A stretch of 30,844 nucleotides of DNA from IMG/VR virus record IMGVR_UViG_3300019124_000098, positions 1 to 30,844 of that record. One strand, written 5' to 3'. The number at the start of each line of letters is the position of its first letter. Positions within the stretch are counted from its first letter, which is position 1. The position numbers and the translations under genes are program-made. The notes below the pieces were generated by a model. The model did not search any database. It saw only the letters and a list, made by a program, of their open reading frames with translations, and was not told the DNA's origin. Below, one piece after another: positions 8,780 to 16,743 of this stretch. This DNA comes from a virus (Duplodnaviria; Caudoviricetes).

Positions 8780-8790
8780 GAGGTGAACCT

Positions 8791-8958
8791 ATGGAAACCC
8801 AATTGACTGGCCGTCGGCTTCTCGCCGTATTAAATCAAATGGACAAGAACGATAAGCCACCGAGCCAGCCCATGCAATGCCGCGGCTGTATTTGGGGAAA
8901 GTGGGACGGACTCAAACAGTTTTGTCCGTGGCGGAGCTGCAAGCGCAATGCCCTCTAA
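8791..8958 (+). CDS. Small four-cysteine protein (55 aa; not in ORF track)
   Basis: GAGGTGA SD then ATG. METQLTGRR...QCRGCIWGKWDGLKQFCPWRSCKRNAL. Overlaps the HNH start. Confidence 0.75.
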   Translation: METQLTGRRLLAVLNQMDKNDKPPSQPMQCRGCIWGKWDGLKQFCPWRSCKRNAL

Positions 8959-9307
8959 ACCAAAGCACCCATGCAATCACGTCGGATGCCGGCAGCTGAC
9001 GACAGAGAGATTCTGCGAGCAACACGCCAAGCAGCACCAACAGAAGCAGGATCGGGAGCGAGGCACGGCGCATCAGCGGGGGTACAACACACGGTGGCAG
9101 AAAGCACGGAAGACGTTCCTCTCACGGAACCCGCTGTGCCGTCATTGCCAAGACAAGGGCTTCCTAACGCCGGCGACGGTCGTCGACCACGTGATCCCAC
9201 ATCGAGGAGATCAGGATCCGTTTTGGGACACGAGCAACTGGCAGCCTTTGTGCAAAAGGCATCACGATATCAAGACAGCGAAAGAGGACGGAGGGTTCGG
9301 GCGATGA
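8948..9307 (+). CDS. HNH endonuclease (terminase-associated, HK97 gp74-like)
   Basis: CRHC...ATVVDHVIPHRGD...NWQPLCKRHHDIKT. Lies upstream of terS. Confidence 0.95.
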   Translation: MPSKPKHPCNHVGCRQLTTERFCEQHAKQHQQKQDRERGTAHQRGYNTRWQKARKTFLSRNPLCRHCQDKGFLTPATVVDHVIPHRGDQDPFWDTSNWQPLCKRHHDIKTAKEDGGFGR

Positions 9308-9411
9308 GGAGAATCATTAGGTGGCTGTCTCGGGTCACGTTTGGTTGGAATACACCTGCCCCGAGGAATCGGGCAGAACGGCGAGCCCAAAAGCAGGCCC
9401 TCCGGACATAG
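9304..9411 (+). CDS. Small basic hypothetical protein (35 aa)
   Basis: ATGA overlap with the HNH stop and GGAGGG SD. MRRIIRWLSRVTFGWNTPAPRNRAERRAQKQALRT. Confidence 0.5.
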   Translation: MRRIIRWLSRVTFGWNTPAPRNRAERRAQKQALRT

Positions 9412-9512
9412 GGGGAGGGGGGGCAAAATCCTCGGGACCCCCTTCACTAAGACCGCGTGTCCAGATTCGCAATAATATTTTTCGTTTTTTGATTTTTTTG
9501 AATGTACTTTTT
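9411..9512. other. Probable cos/packaging initiation region
   Basis: Non-coding G-run GGGGGAGGGGGGC-AAAATC, then GACCGCGTGTCC and several T-tracts, between HNH and terS where cos lies in HNH-terS cos phages. Confidence 0.55.
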
Positions 9513-9581
9513 GAACCGTAGGATATATACAAGGGTAGTTTGATTGCCAAAATGCTTGAAATTGGCAAGCGGAGTTCAACG

Positions 9582-9613
9582 AAAAAAAATGAGGCAGTCT
9601 GAGTCCCTGCCTC
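9582..9613 (-). terminator. Intrinsic terminator for the minus-strand island gene
   Basis: Minus strand reads GAGGCAG-GGACTCAGA-CTGCCTC-A-T8, 10 nt after the stop at 9624. Confidence 0.75.
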
Positions 9614-9623
9614 GATGAGTTTC

Positions 9624-9926
9624 TTAATAAGGCAATATCTTATAAAATGGCAACTCACTTTGTTTGCAATCAGCCTTAGGTACATTTCCCGCACAAACGT
9701 CATCAATACGTCTAACGTGTTGACCAAATGATTTAATTGGGTCGCTAGATTGAAGAAAACGATTCTCCAAAGCGTCCCCACTTCCAGTTTCGTCGCTAAT
9801 GATTTCCTTGGCGCAAATTTCTGAAGCGGTGATACTATCCACGCCCTTGGCAATGAGTCTGCGGTACTTTGAAAGCTTACCAATGTAGATACTTTGTTCT
9901 TCTTCTGTGTACCATCCAATGTTCAT
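9624..9926 (-). CDS. Hypothetical protein (~100 aa), AT-rich island
   Basis: ATG 9926 after SD-like AGGAGTTGAT (alternative starts 9935, 9938). Has its own promoter and terminator. Confidence 0.75.
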   Translation of the reverse strand: MNIGWYTEEEQSIYIGKLSKYRRLIAKGVDSITASEICAKEIISDETGSGDALENRFLQSSDPIKSFGQHVRRIDDVCAGNVPKADCKQSELPFYKILPY

Positions 9927-9963
9927 GGGTTGCATCAACTCCTAGGTATATTTTTACACATTA

Positions 9964-9972
9964 ATTATATCA
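9964..9972 (-). promoter_or_regulatory. Extended -10 SigA-like promoter (TGATATAAT)
   Basis: Perfect TGnTATAAT upstream of the 9926 start. Confidence 0.65.
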
Positions 9973-10033
9973 TCAGGAATTAAACATTACCTCTAAAAAT
10001 GGATTACGGTACCAATGGAGGGAGCGGTAATAG

Positions 10034-10039
10034 TATAAT
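10034..10039 (+). promoter_or_regulatory. -10 element (TATAAT) for the nuclease-like gene
   Basis: Perfect TATAAT 31 nt before ATG 10071. No convincing -35. Confidence 0.45.
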
Positions 10040-10070
10040 TATGTAAAATATTAAAGGAGCCCTACATCCC

Positions 10071-10685
10071 ATGATTTATAACTATTTTGATTCTTCATGT
10101 AGGATTATAGTTGATGAGTTTAATTACCTCGTGCAGGGTTTAGACGTTCGGCAGAAAGAACAATACGCTATTGATAAACTTTGCGAAGCCGACCTTGTCT
10201 TCAGGTTAGGAAATCCGTTTAGACAACTAGCGCGTTACACTGTTCAAGGTTCAAAGGGACAGGACATAATTGTGGATTATAAGGATTTTAGGGTAGAGGT
10301 GAAGTACTGGAGATACTGGTTCGGGGGGACTGGAAAACAAAAGCTTGTTTGGAAGGATGCTTTTCAAAAGGATTTTGACTGGCTATGCAATCAGATAGAC
10401 GACGGACAAAAAGGGAAGAGAGCATTTATCGGATGTTGGTCACCCTTAATCGGATGGAATGAGTTGCTACAACTTGGATCAAGTACAGGTACGAATCCGG
10501 CACCCAACATGGAAAGATTATCGTTACTTCCATTTGTCGAATGTACTGGAAAGGGCGTTGCAGATCTTAGGACACGATACAGCGAAAATCAAGGATCGTT
10601 TACTTTGTCCGAAAGGGGAACAAAGGTGAATTGGTCTCTTTACGGGCTACCAAGTGATTTTATTAATATGGTGATGTACTACTAA
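10071..10685 (+). CDS. PD-(D/E)XK nuclease-like protein (204 aa), AT-rich island
   Basis: AAAGGAG SD. Helix-borne E (CEADL) followed by QDIIVDYKDFRVEVKY (D...EVK). Confidence 0.7.
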   Translation: MIYNYFDSSCRIIVDEFNYLVQGLDVRQKEQYAIDKLCEADLVFRLGNPFRQLARYTVQGSKGQDIIVDYKDFRVEVKYWRYWFGGTGKQKLVWKDAFQKDFDWLCNQIDDGQKGKRAFIGCWSPLIGWNELLQLGSSTGTNPAPNMERLSLLPFVECTGKGVADLRTRYSENQGSFTLSERGTKVNWSLYGLPSDFINMVMYY

Positions 10686-10769
10686 ATGATTAGCGTAATA
10701 TGCCCATTTCCTAGTATTTCTCGTTAAAAACTGTCTTTTTTTCTTATTTTGAAGTTAGGAGGTGGCCCT

Positions 10770-11384
10770 ATGCCGGGCCGAAACGCAAAACCGATCGGCC
10801 TGCATTTGGCCGAAGGAAATCCGAACCGCTTGACGAAGGCGGAGATCGCCGCTCGTCAGGAGGGAGAAGTCAAACTCGGCGAGAAGGATCTCGACAAGCT
10901 GAAGCTGCCAGCATTCGTACGGAAGGACAAGGCAGCCGCGAAGCTCTGGCGAGAGCTGATCAAGGAGTACAAGTTGGCCGCGAAGCAAGGCGTTGAATTG
11001 CTGACCAGTTCTGACGTCGGCATGCTTGCGCTGTACTGCAAGACGTTCTCCGAATACGAGCGACTGCAGGAGAAGTACCAGCAGATCGACCAGGTGCAAA
11101 TAGACGAAAGCGTCTTTGACGAACTGATCGGCAATGCAGAAGCGGCAACAGAGGCGGAGGCCAAGGCGATCCGCTATCTTTCGCAACTCGCGAGCCTCGA
11201 AGGCGCGCTGAAAATCGAGACGGCGATCAACAAAAAGATGGACATGCTCCTGAAAATGCAGGATCGGCTTTTCCTCAACCCGCTCGCCAAGGTAAAGAAC
11301 GTGCCGCAGCCGAAGAAAGAAGTGAAGCAGTCGGCCATGGCAGAATTCATGAACCGCCGGGCAGGTGGCGGCCATGCGCCATGA
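10770..11384 (+). CDS. terS: Terminase small subunit (P27 family-like)
   Basis: ATG after AGGAGGTG. MPGRNAKP...GNP N-terminus, LALYC motif, LFLNPLAK. Adjacent to terL. Confidence 0.9.
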   Translation: MPGRNAKPIGLHLAEGNPNRLTKAEIAARQEGEVKLGEKDLDKLKLPAFVRKDKAAAKLWRELIKEYKLAAKQGVELLTSSDVGMLALYCKTFSEYERLQEKYQQIDQVQIDESVFDELIGNAEAATEAEAKAIRYLSQLASLEGALKIETAINKKMDMLLKMQDRLFLNPLAKVKNVPQPKKEVKQSAMAEFMNRRAGGGHAP

Positions 11385-12930
11385 TAAACAGCGCGCGCTC
11401 GATCCGATCGAGTTCATCCAGATGCTCAAGGCGGTCGACGATTTCTACGGCCAGCCGTTCATCCTACTCGACTGGCAATACAAAATTCTGTGGGATGTTT
11501 ACGGCACGGTCCGGGACGACGGGTATCGCCAGTATCGATACGCATACCTAGAGGTCCCGAAAAAGAACGGGAAGACGTCGCTGATCGCCGGTCTCTCTTT
11601 ATACCACTTGACCTGCGATCCTCCGGGCGGGCAGATTTATTGCTGCGCCGCCGACCGTTCCCAGGCGGAGCTGGTTTACCGTGCGGCAGTCGGCATGATC
11701 GAGCAGGAGCCCGAGCTCGAAGCGATCCTGAAGGTCACGGAGAGCAAGAAGGAAATCAAAAACACCATGACTGGCACGACGATGAAAGTTCTGTCGGCCG
11801 AAGCGTACACGAAGCACGGTATCAACCCGACGGTCGTCATCTTCGACGAGCTGCACGCGCAGCCGACGCGCGACCTGTGGGACGTTATGACGTTCGGCGC
11901 CGGCGCGGCACGGAAGGAGCCGCTCTGGTGGGTCATCACGACGGCCGGAGATGACCCGGACCGCAACTCGATCGGCTGGGAGATCCACGAGCAGGCGACA
12001 AAGATCACGACCGGCGAGCTGGTCGACCCACATTGGTACGTGAAAATTTACGGCGCCCCCGAAGACGCCGACATCTTCGAAGAGAAAACGTGGTACGAGG
12101 CCAATCCGAGCCTCGGGCACACCATCAGCATCGAATCCGTACGCCAGGAGGCGCTCGCAGCTCGTAACAGCGAAGCTGCAGAGCGTCTTTTTCGTTGGCT
12201 TCGGTTGAATCAGTGGGTTTCTGTCAAGCGAATCGGTTGGCAGCCGCTAACGCTGTGGGACAAGACGGTCGGCAAGTGGGGGCGCTCAGATCTGATTGGA
12301 AAGAAGTGCTACCCAGGAATTGACCTATCAAGCACTACGGATCTCACAGGCGCAGTTTATTTATTCCCTCCGCAAGAGGACTGGGAGGATTGGCGCTTCA
12401 TCATGGAAGCGTGGATCCCGGAGGACAACATGAAGGAACGCGTAAAACGCGACGGCGTGCCGTATGACCGCTGGGTTAATCAAGGGTTCTTGCACGCCAC
12501 GCCTGGAGACGTCGTTGATTACGAGTTTGTCGAGGCGCGGATTTTGGCGGCAAATCAGCAATATGAGATCCCGGCCGGCGGCGCTGATCCATGGAACAGC
12601 CGAATGTTGACCCAAAGACTCATTCGCGGCGGCTTGGAGATGGTCGAGATCGGACAGAACATGAAAAACATGAATGCAGCCATGAAGATGATTGAACAGC
12701 TCATGAAAACCGGTCGGATGACTCACGAGGTGCACCCCGTCGGGCGCTGGTGCTGGGGGAATGTCGTCGTGGCGGTCGACGGGAACGAGAACATCAAGCC
12801 GATGAAGAACCGCTCGAAGGAACGGATCGACTTGACGGTCGCTCTAATCAATGCCATGGCGACGGCGATGCTGTTCGAGGAGATGGATGCAGAGTCCGTG
12901 TACGAAACCCGCGGCATTATCACGTTTTGA
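11374..12930 (+). CDS. terL: Terminase large subunit
   Basis: Walker A VPKKNGKT, Walker B VIFDELH, ITTAG, nuclease GIDLSSTTDL and RIDLTVA. Confidence 0.97.
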   Translation: MRHDKQRALDPIEFIQMLKAVDDFYGQPFILLDWQYKILWDVYGTVRDDGYRQYRYAYLEVPKKNGKTSLIAGLSLYHLTCDPPGGQIYCCAADRSQAELVYRAAVGMIEQEPELEAILKVTESKKEIKNTMTGTTMKVLSAEAYTKHGINPTVVIFDELHAQPTRDLWDVMTFGAGAARKEPLWWVITTAGDDPDRNSIGWEIHEQATKITTGELVDPHWYVKIYGAPEDADIFEEKTWYEANPSLGHTISIESVRQEALAARNSEAAERLFRWLRLNQWVSVKRIGWQPLTLWDKTVGKWGRSDLIGKKCYPGIDLSSTTDLTGAVYLFPPQEDWEDWRFIMEAWIPEDNMKERVKRDGVPYDRWVNQGFLHATPGDVVDYEFVEARILAANQQYEIPAGGADPWNSRMLTQRLIRGGLEMVEIGQNMKNMNAAMKMIEQLMKTGRMTHEVHPVGRWCWGNVVVAVDGNENIKPMKNRSKERIDLTVALINAMATAMLFEEMDAESVYETRGIITF

Positions 12931-12938
12931 GGGAGGTG

Positions 12939-14201
12939 ATGGCTACGAGAATAAAAATACCTTTTACCAATCGGGCGCTCGAAATCCGGGCGGGATCGTT
13001 TACGAATCCGGATCGATGGGTGGAGGACTGGTTCCGCGGCGGCCGCGGCGCAAAGTCCGGCGTCACGGTCAACGACGAATCGGCTATGAGAGTCACGGCT
13101 TACTTGGCTGCCGTGAAGATCATTGCCGAGACTATCGCATCGCTACCTCTTCACTTGTACAGATCGAGGGACGATGCTCAGGAACGGGCGCCGAACCATC
13201 CGCTGTACGAGGTTTTGCACTACCAGTCGAACCCGGAGATGACAGCGTACACCTTTCGCGAGACTTTCCAAGGACACATCTGTAATTGGGGTAACGGTTA
13301 CGCCTACATCGATCGCGACGGTGCCGGTCGGGTGACCGCGTTGTGGCCGCTCCTACCGGACAGGACGTGGCCAGACAGGGACGAACGCGGGAACCTCTGG
13401 TATTGGACTACGCTGCCTAAGACGGGCGAGCTGCGAAAACTCGATCCGTTTGACGTTCTCCATATTCCGGGCTTCGGCTTTGACGGGGTCAAGGGGTACA
13501 ACCCAGTTCGACTGGCCCAGGAAGCGATCGGCTTATCGCTGGCCGCAGAGGAGTTTGGAGCTAGGTTTTTCGGGGACGGAGCTACGCCGAGTGTTATCCT
13601 GGAATACCCCGGGAAGCTGAAAGGCGAAGCGCTGGAATCCTTCAAAAAGGCCGCGAAGGAAGCGTATCAGGGTCTTAGCAATGCGCACAAGATCATGATT
13701 CTCGAGGAAGGATTAAAGCACCATACGATGACCATTCCGCCCGACGCCGCGCAGTTCCTCGAGACCCGCAAATTCCAGATCGCGGAGATCGCGCGGATCT
13801 TTCGCGTACCGCTGCACATGCTGCAGGAGCTCGATCGCTCGACAAACAACAACATTGAGCACCAATCAATCGAATTCGTCGTGCATACGATCCGGCCATG
13901 GCTCGTTCGGTGGGAGCAAGCTTTCCGAATGAAGCTGTTATCGCAACGAGAACGAAATGCTGGCTATTATGCCGAGTTTAACGTCGAGGGACTGCTTCGC
14001 GGGGACACGAAGAGCCGGTACGACGCATACGGCGTGGCAATCGACAAGGGCTGGATGAACCCGAACGAGGTGCGCAGGTTGGAGAATCAAAATCCGTACC
14101 CAGGCGGCGATGCATATCGTGCGCCACTTAATACGGGGAAGGTAAATCCGGACGGATCCGTCGCCGTACCGCCGAAGGAAGGAGGTGGATCGGAAGAATG
14201 A
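12939..14201 (+). CDS. Portal protein, HK97 family
   Basis: IAETIASLPL, GNGYAYI, QFLETRKFQ...IARIFRVP, NPNEVR. Start after the terL stop is preferred to 12750. Confidence 0.96.
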   Translation: MATRIKIPFTNRALEIRAGSFTNPDRWVEDWFRGGRGAKSGVTVNDESAMRVTAYLAAVKIIAETIASLPLHLYRSRDDAQERAPNHPLYEVLHYQSNPEMTAYTFRETFQGHICNWGNGYAYIDRDGAGRVTALWPLLPDRTWPDRDERGNLWYWTTLPKTGELRKLDPFDVLHIPGFGFDGVKGYNPVRLAQEAIGLSLAAEEFGARFFGDGATPSVILEYPGKLKGEALESFKKAAKEAYQGLSNAHKIMILEEGLKHHTMTIPPDAAQFLETRKFQIAEIARIFRVPLHMLQELDRSTNNNIEHQSIEFVVHTIRPWLVRWEQAFRMKLLSQRERNAGYYAEFNVEGLLRGDTKSRYDAYGVAIDKGWMNPNEVRRLENQNPYPGGDAYRAPLNTGKVNPDGSVAVPPKEGGGSEE

Positions 14202-14947
14202 AGCGTACACTAGCGAAATTTGAATCGAAAAAGGGTCGTTTTGAAATATCCGCCCAGGCAAATGAGGCGGATATTTACATTTACGGCGTGATCGACTCGA
14301 CCGAATGGTGGGGCGATGAAGTTTTGCCACAGCACGTAGCCGCGGCTCTGCAAACCTTGCCGTCAACGATGCCGCTTAACATCCACGTAAATTCGCCGGG
14401 CGGCAACGTGTTCGCAGGAATGGCCATTTACGCGCTACTTGATCGCCACGCAGGGCAGAAAACGAGCTACATTGAGGGGCTCGCGGCTTCGATGGGGAGT
14501 GTAATCCCGCTCGTCGCTGACAAACGCTACATCGCCCGCGGGTCGATGTACATGATCCACCAGGCGAGAGGGACTGTTCGACAGGCGATTGCGAGCGAAA
14601 TGCGCCGCTATGCGGACTTGCTGGACAAGCTCAATGGCGAGATGGGTTCGATTTACAAGGCCAAAAGCAAACTCGACAACATCGACGAGTTGCTCGGTAG
14701 CGGAACTGACGTGTGGTACACGGCTGATGAGGCGAAAGCTGCCGGATTTGTGGACAGCATCGAAGGAGAGCTCGAGGTCGCTGCGTGTTTGCTAGGCGAC
14801 ACCGCGATCATTAACGGAGTGGAAGTGGACTGGAGACAGTTCAGCAATGCGCCAAGCCTGCCGAAGGTAGGAAGTCCTGAGGCAGTTGATTTTGGTTACA
14901 AAGCCGCCGCGCGCCGGCGTGAGCTTGAACTTAAATTTAGGAGGTAG
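14198..14947 (+). CDS. Prohead protease, ClpP-like (S14)
   Basis: NSPGGNVFAG, GLAASMGS and MIHQA motifs. Between portal and capsid. Confidence 0.94.
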   Translation: MKRTLAKFESKKGRFEISAQANEADIYIYGVIDSTEWWGDEVLPQHVAAALQTLPSTMPLNIHVNSPGGNVFAGMAIYALLDRHAGQKTSYIEGLAASMGSVIPLVADKRYIARGSMYMIHQARGTVRQAIASEMRRYADLLDKLNGEMGSIYKAKSKLDNIDELLGSGTDVWYTADEAKAAGFVDSIEGELEVAACLLGDTAIINGVEVDWRQFSNAPSLPKVGSPEAVDFGYKAAARRRELELKFRR

Positions 14948-14953
14948 ATCGAA

Positions 14954-16192
14954 TTGAGAGCACAGATCAACGAATTGAAGCAAGAGCGCGCCAGCATCTG
15001 GGAACAAGCGAAGGCGCTCAACGAGAAGGCACTTGCTGAGAAGCGCGACTTTACGTCGGAGGAGCAGCAGCAGTACGACAAAATGATGGCGGACATGGAC
15101 GCCAAGGGAAAAACGATTGAACGTCTCGAAGCCGCGCTCAAAATCGACGACGAAATGGGCGCTTCGGGCAGCTCCGGTCGCGGTTTCCAACCGAAGCCGG
15201 GCTCCGGAAAAGGCGGCGACAATCCGCGGGCATCTGCGGAGTATCGGGCGACTTTCGAACGCTTCCTCGTCAATGGTACCGCAGCACTGACGCCTGAAGA
15301 CATCAAGGCAATGGCAGCCGATCCGGATTCCGAGGGTGGCTATCTCGTCACACCGCAGCAGATGGTTGAGGAACTGCTGAAGGAAGTCGACAATATGGTC
15401 TTCATTCGCCAGTACGCTCGGAAATTTACGCTCAAGACAGCGAAATCTCTTGGCGTTCCGACGCTCGACGGCGACGTCGATGACGCGGACTGGACGACGG
15501 AGCTCAAGACAGGTAACAATACCGACGTCACGCTTGGCAAACGCGAACTGCGACCTCATCCGCTGGCGAAACGCGCGAAAGTGTCGAACACGCTTCTTCG
15601 TCTGACAGCCGGTGGAGCCGAAACGTTGGTGCGTGAGCGACTGGCATACAAATTCGGCGTAACGCTCGAGAAAGCGTACATGACGGGCGACGGAAACGCA
15701 AAACCGTTGGGCATCTTTACGGCATCTAACGACGGCATTCCGACGTCCCGAGACGTTGTTGGTACGAACACGACGACGGCCATCACGGCGGACACACTGA
15801 TCGACGCACTGTACTCGCTGAAGGACGCCTACCAACGGAATGCTCGCTGGGGTTTCCATCGCGACATCGTCAAGGAGATCCGAAAACTCAAAGATGCGAA
15901 CGGACAATATCTCTGGACTCCGGGCATCGTCGGCGGACAGCCTGATACGATTCTCTCGAAGCCGTTCTTCCAGTCGGAATACGCACCGAACACGATGACG
16001 GCTGGTCAATACGTCGGTATCATCGGTGACTTCCAATACTACTGGTACGTGGACGCCCTTGACTTCGCGATCCAGCGTCTCGTGGAACTGTATGCGGAGA
16101 CGAATCAGACGGGCTTCATCGGCCGCTACGAAGGCGACGGTCAGCCGGTACTCGGCGCGGCATTCGCACGGATCAAGCTGGCATCCTCGTAA
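14954..16192 (+). CDS. Major capsid protein, HK97 fold
   Basis: TTG after AGGAGG. Coiled-coil delta domain, GGYLVTP, GDGNAKPLGI, LKDANGQYLW, IGDF. Confidence 0.96.
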   Translation: MRAQINELKQERASIWEQAKALNEKALAEKRDFTSEEQQQYDKMMADMDAKGKTIERLEAALKIDDEMGASGSSGRGFQPKPGSGKGGDNPRASAEYRATFERFLVNGTAALTPEDIKAMAADPDSEGGYLVTPQQMVEELLKEVDNMVFIRQYARKFTLKTAKSLGVPTLDGDVDDADWTTELKTGNNTDVTLGKRELRPHPLAKRAKVSNTLLRLTAGGAETLVRERLAYKFGVTLEKAYMTGDGNAKPLGIFTASNDGIPTSRDVVGTNTTTAITADTLIDALYSLKDAYQRNARWGFHRDIVKEIRKLKDANGQYLWTPGIVGGQPDTILSKPFFQSEYAPNTMTAGQYVGIIGDFQYYWYVDALDFAIQRLVELYAETNQTGFIGRYEGDGQPVLGAAFARIKLASS

Positions 16193-16213
16193 TCGAACAT
16201 ATTGACCTGATTT

Positions 16214-16239
16214 AAGCCGTTGTCCGCACGGCTTTTTTT
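16214..16239 (+). terminator. Intrinsic terminator after the capsid gene
   Basis: AAGCCGT-TGTCCGC-ACGGCTT followed by TTTTT. Confidence 0.8.
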
Positions 16240-16274
16240 ATGCGGACAAATCCACATTAGGAGCGTGAATCTAC

Positions 16275-16700
16275 GTGAATTTGAGTAACGGCGTGAAAAT
16301 TACGCAAGCTGCGGCAGCGTCCGCAGCCGGTACTTCGGCAGTGAATTCCGACGTCATCGATATGGCTGGTTACGATGGTGTAATGTTTGTGACGGCAATC
16401 GCGACGGCAAACGCCGGCAACCATATCAAGCTGCAGCAGGGCGACGAGCCGGATCTTTCGGACGCCGCCGACATCGAAGGTTCTAAGCAAGTTGCGACGG
16501 CAAACGCACAGACGGTCTGGATCGACTTGTACCGACCGACGAAGCGCTACGTGCGAGCTGTTGCTACACGCGGCGTGTCGACAGCGCTCGGTGAAGTCTA
16601 CGCTTTCCAGTACGAAGGGCGCATTCAGCCGGCAGACAACAACGTGACGGGCGAAATCATCGGCGAGCTGCTCGTGAGCCCGGATGAGGGCACGGCGTAA
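16275..16700 (+). CDS. Putative head decoration/capsid-associated protein
   Basis: AGGAG SD, GTG start. Beta-rich (IDMAGYDGV, KRYVRAV). Directly follows the capsid gene. Confidence 0.65.
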   Translation: MNLSNGVKITQAAAASAAGTSAVNSDVIDMAGYDGVMFVTAIATANAGNHIKLQQGDEPDLSDAADIEGSKQVATANAQTVWIDLYRPTKRYVRAVATRGVSTALGEVYAFQYEGRIQPADNNVTGEIIGELLVSPDEGTA

Positions 16701-16743
16701 ATCATAGACTGGGTTTCCCCGGTCTCCCGGAGGTGAGAGGAAA

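Noticed and set aside
8948-9307. HNH as a mobile homing endonuclease or intron
   Set aside because: Size, motifs and position match terminase-associated HNH proteins, and no gene is interrupted.
9335-9919. 194-aa minus-strand ORF in the island
   Set aside because: It runs through the terminator and the cos region, whereas the 9624-9926 frame fits the SD and ends just before the terminator.
14792-16036. 414-aa minus-strand ORF opposite the capsid (and similar ones at 2502-3212, 10755-11429, 18875-19558, 28042-28746)
   Set aside because: Shadow ORFs of GC-rich coding strands, with no recognisable motifs and fully overlapping well-supported genes.
16706-16725. Hairpin AGACTGGG-TTTC-CCCGGTCT as a terminator
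   Set aside because: No U-tract follows; at most a stability or pause element.
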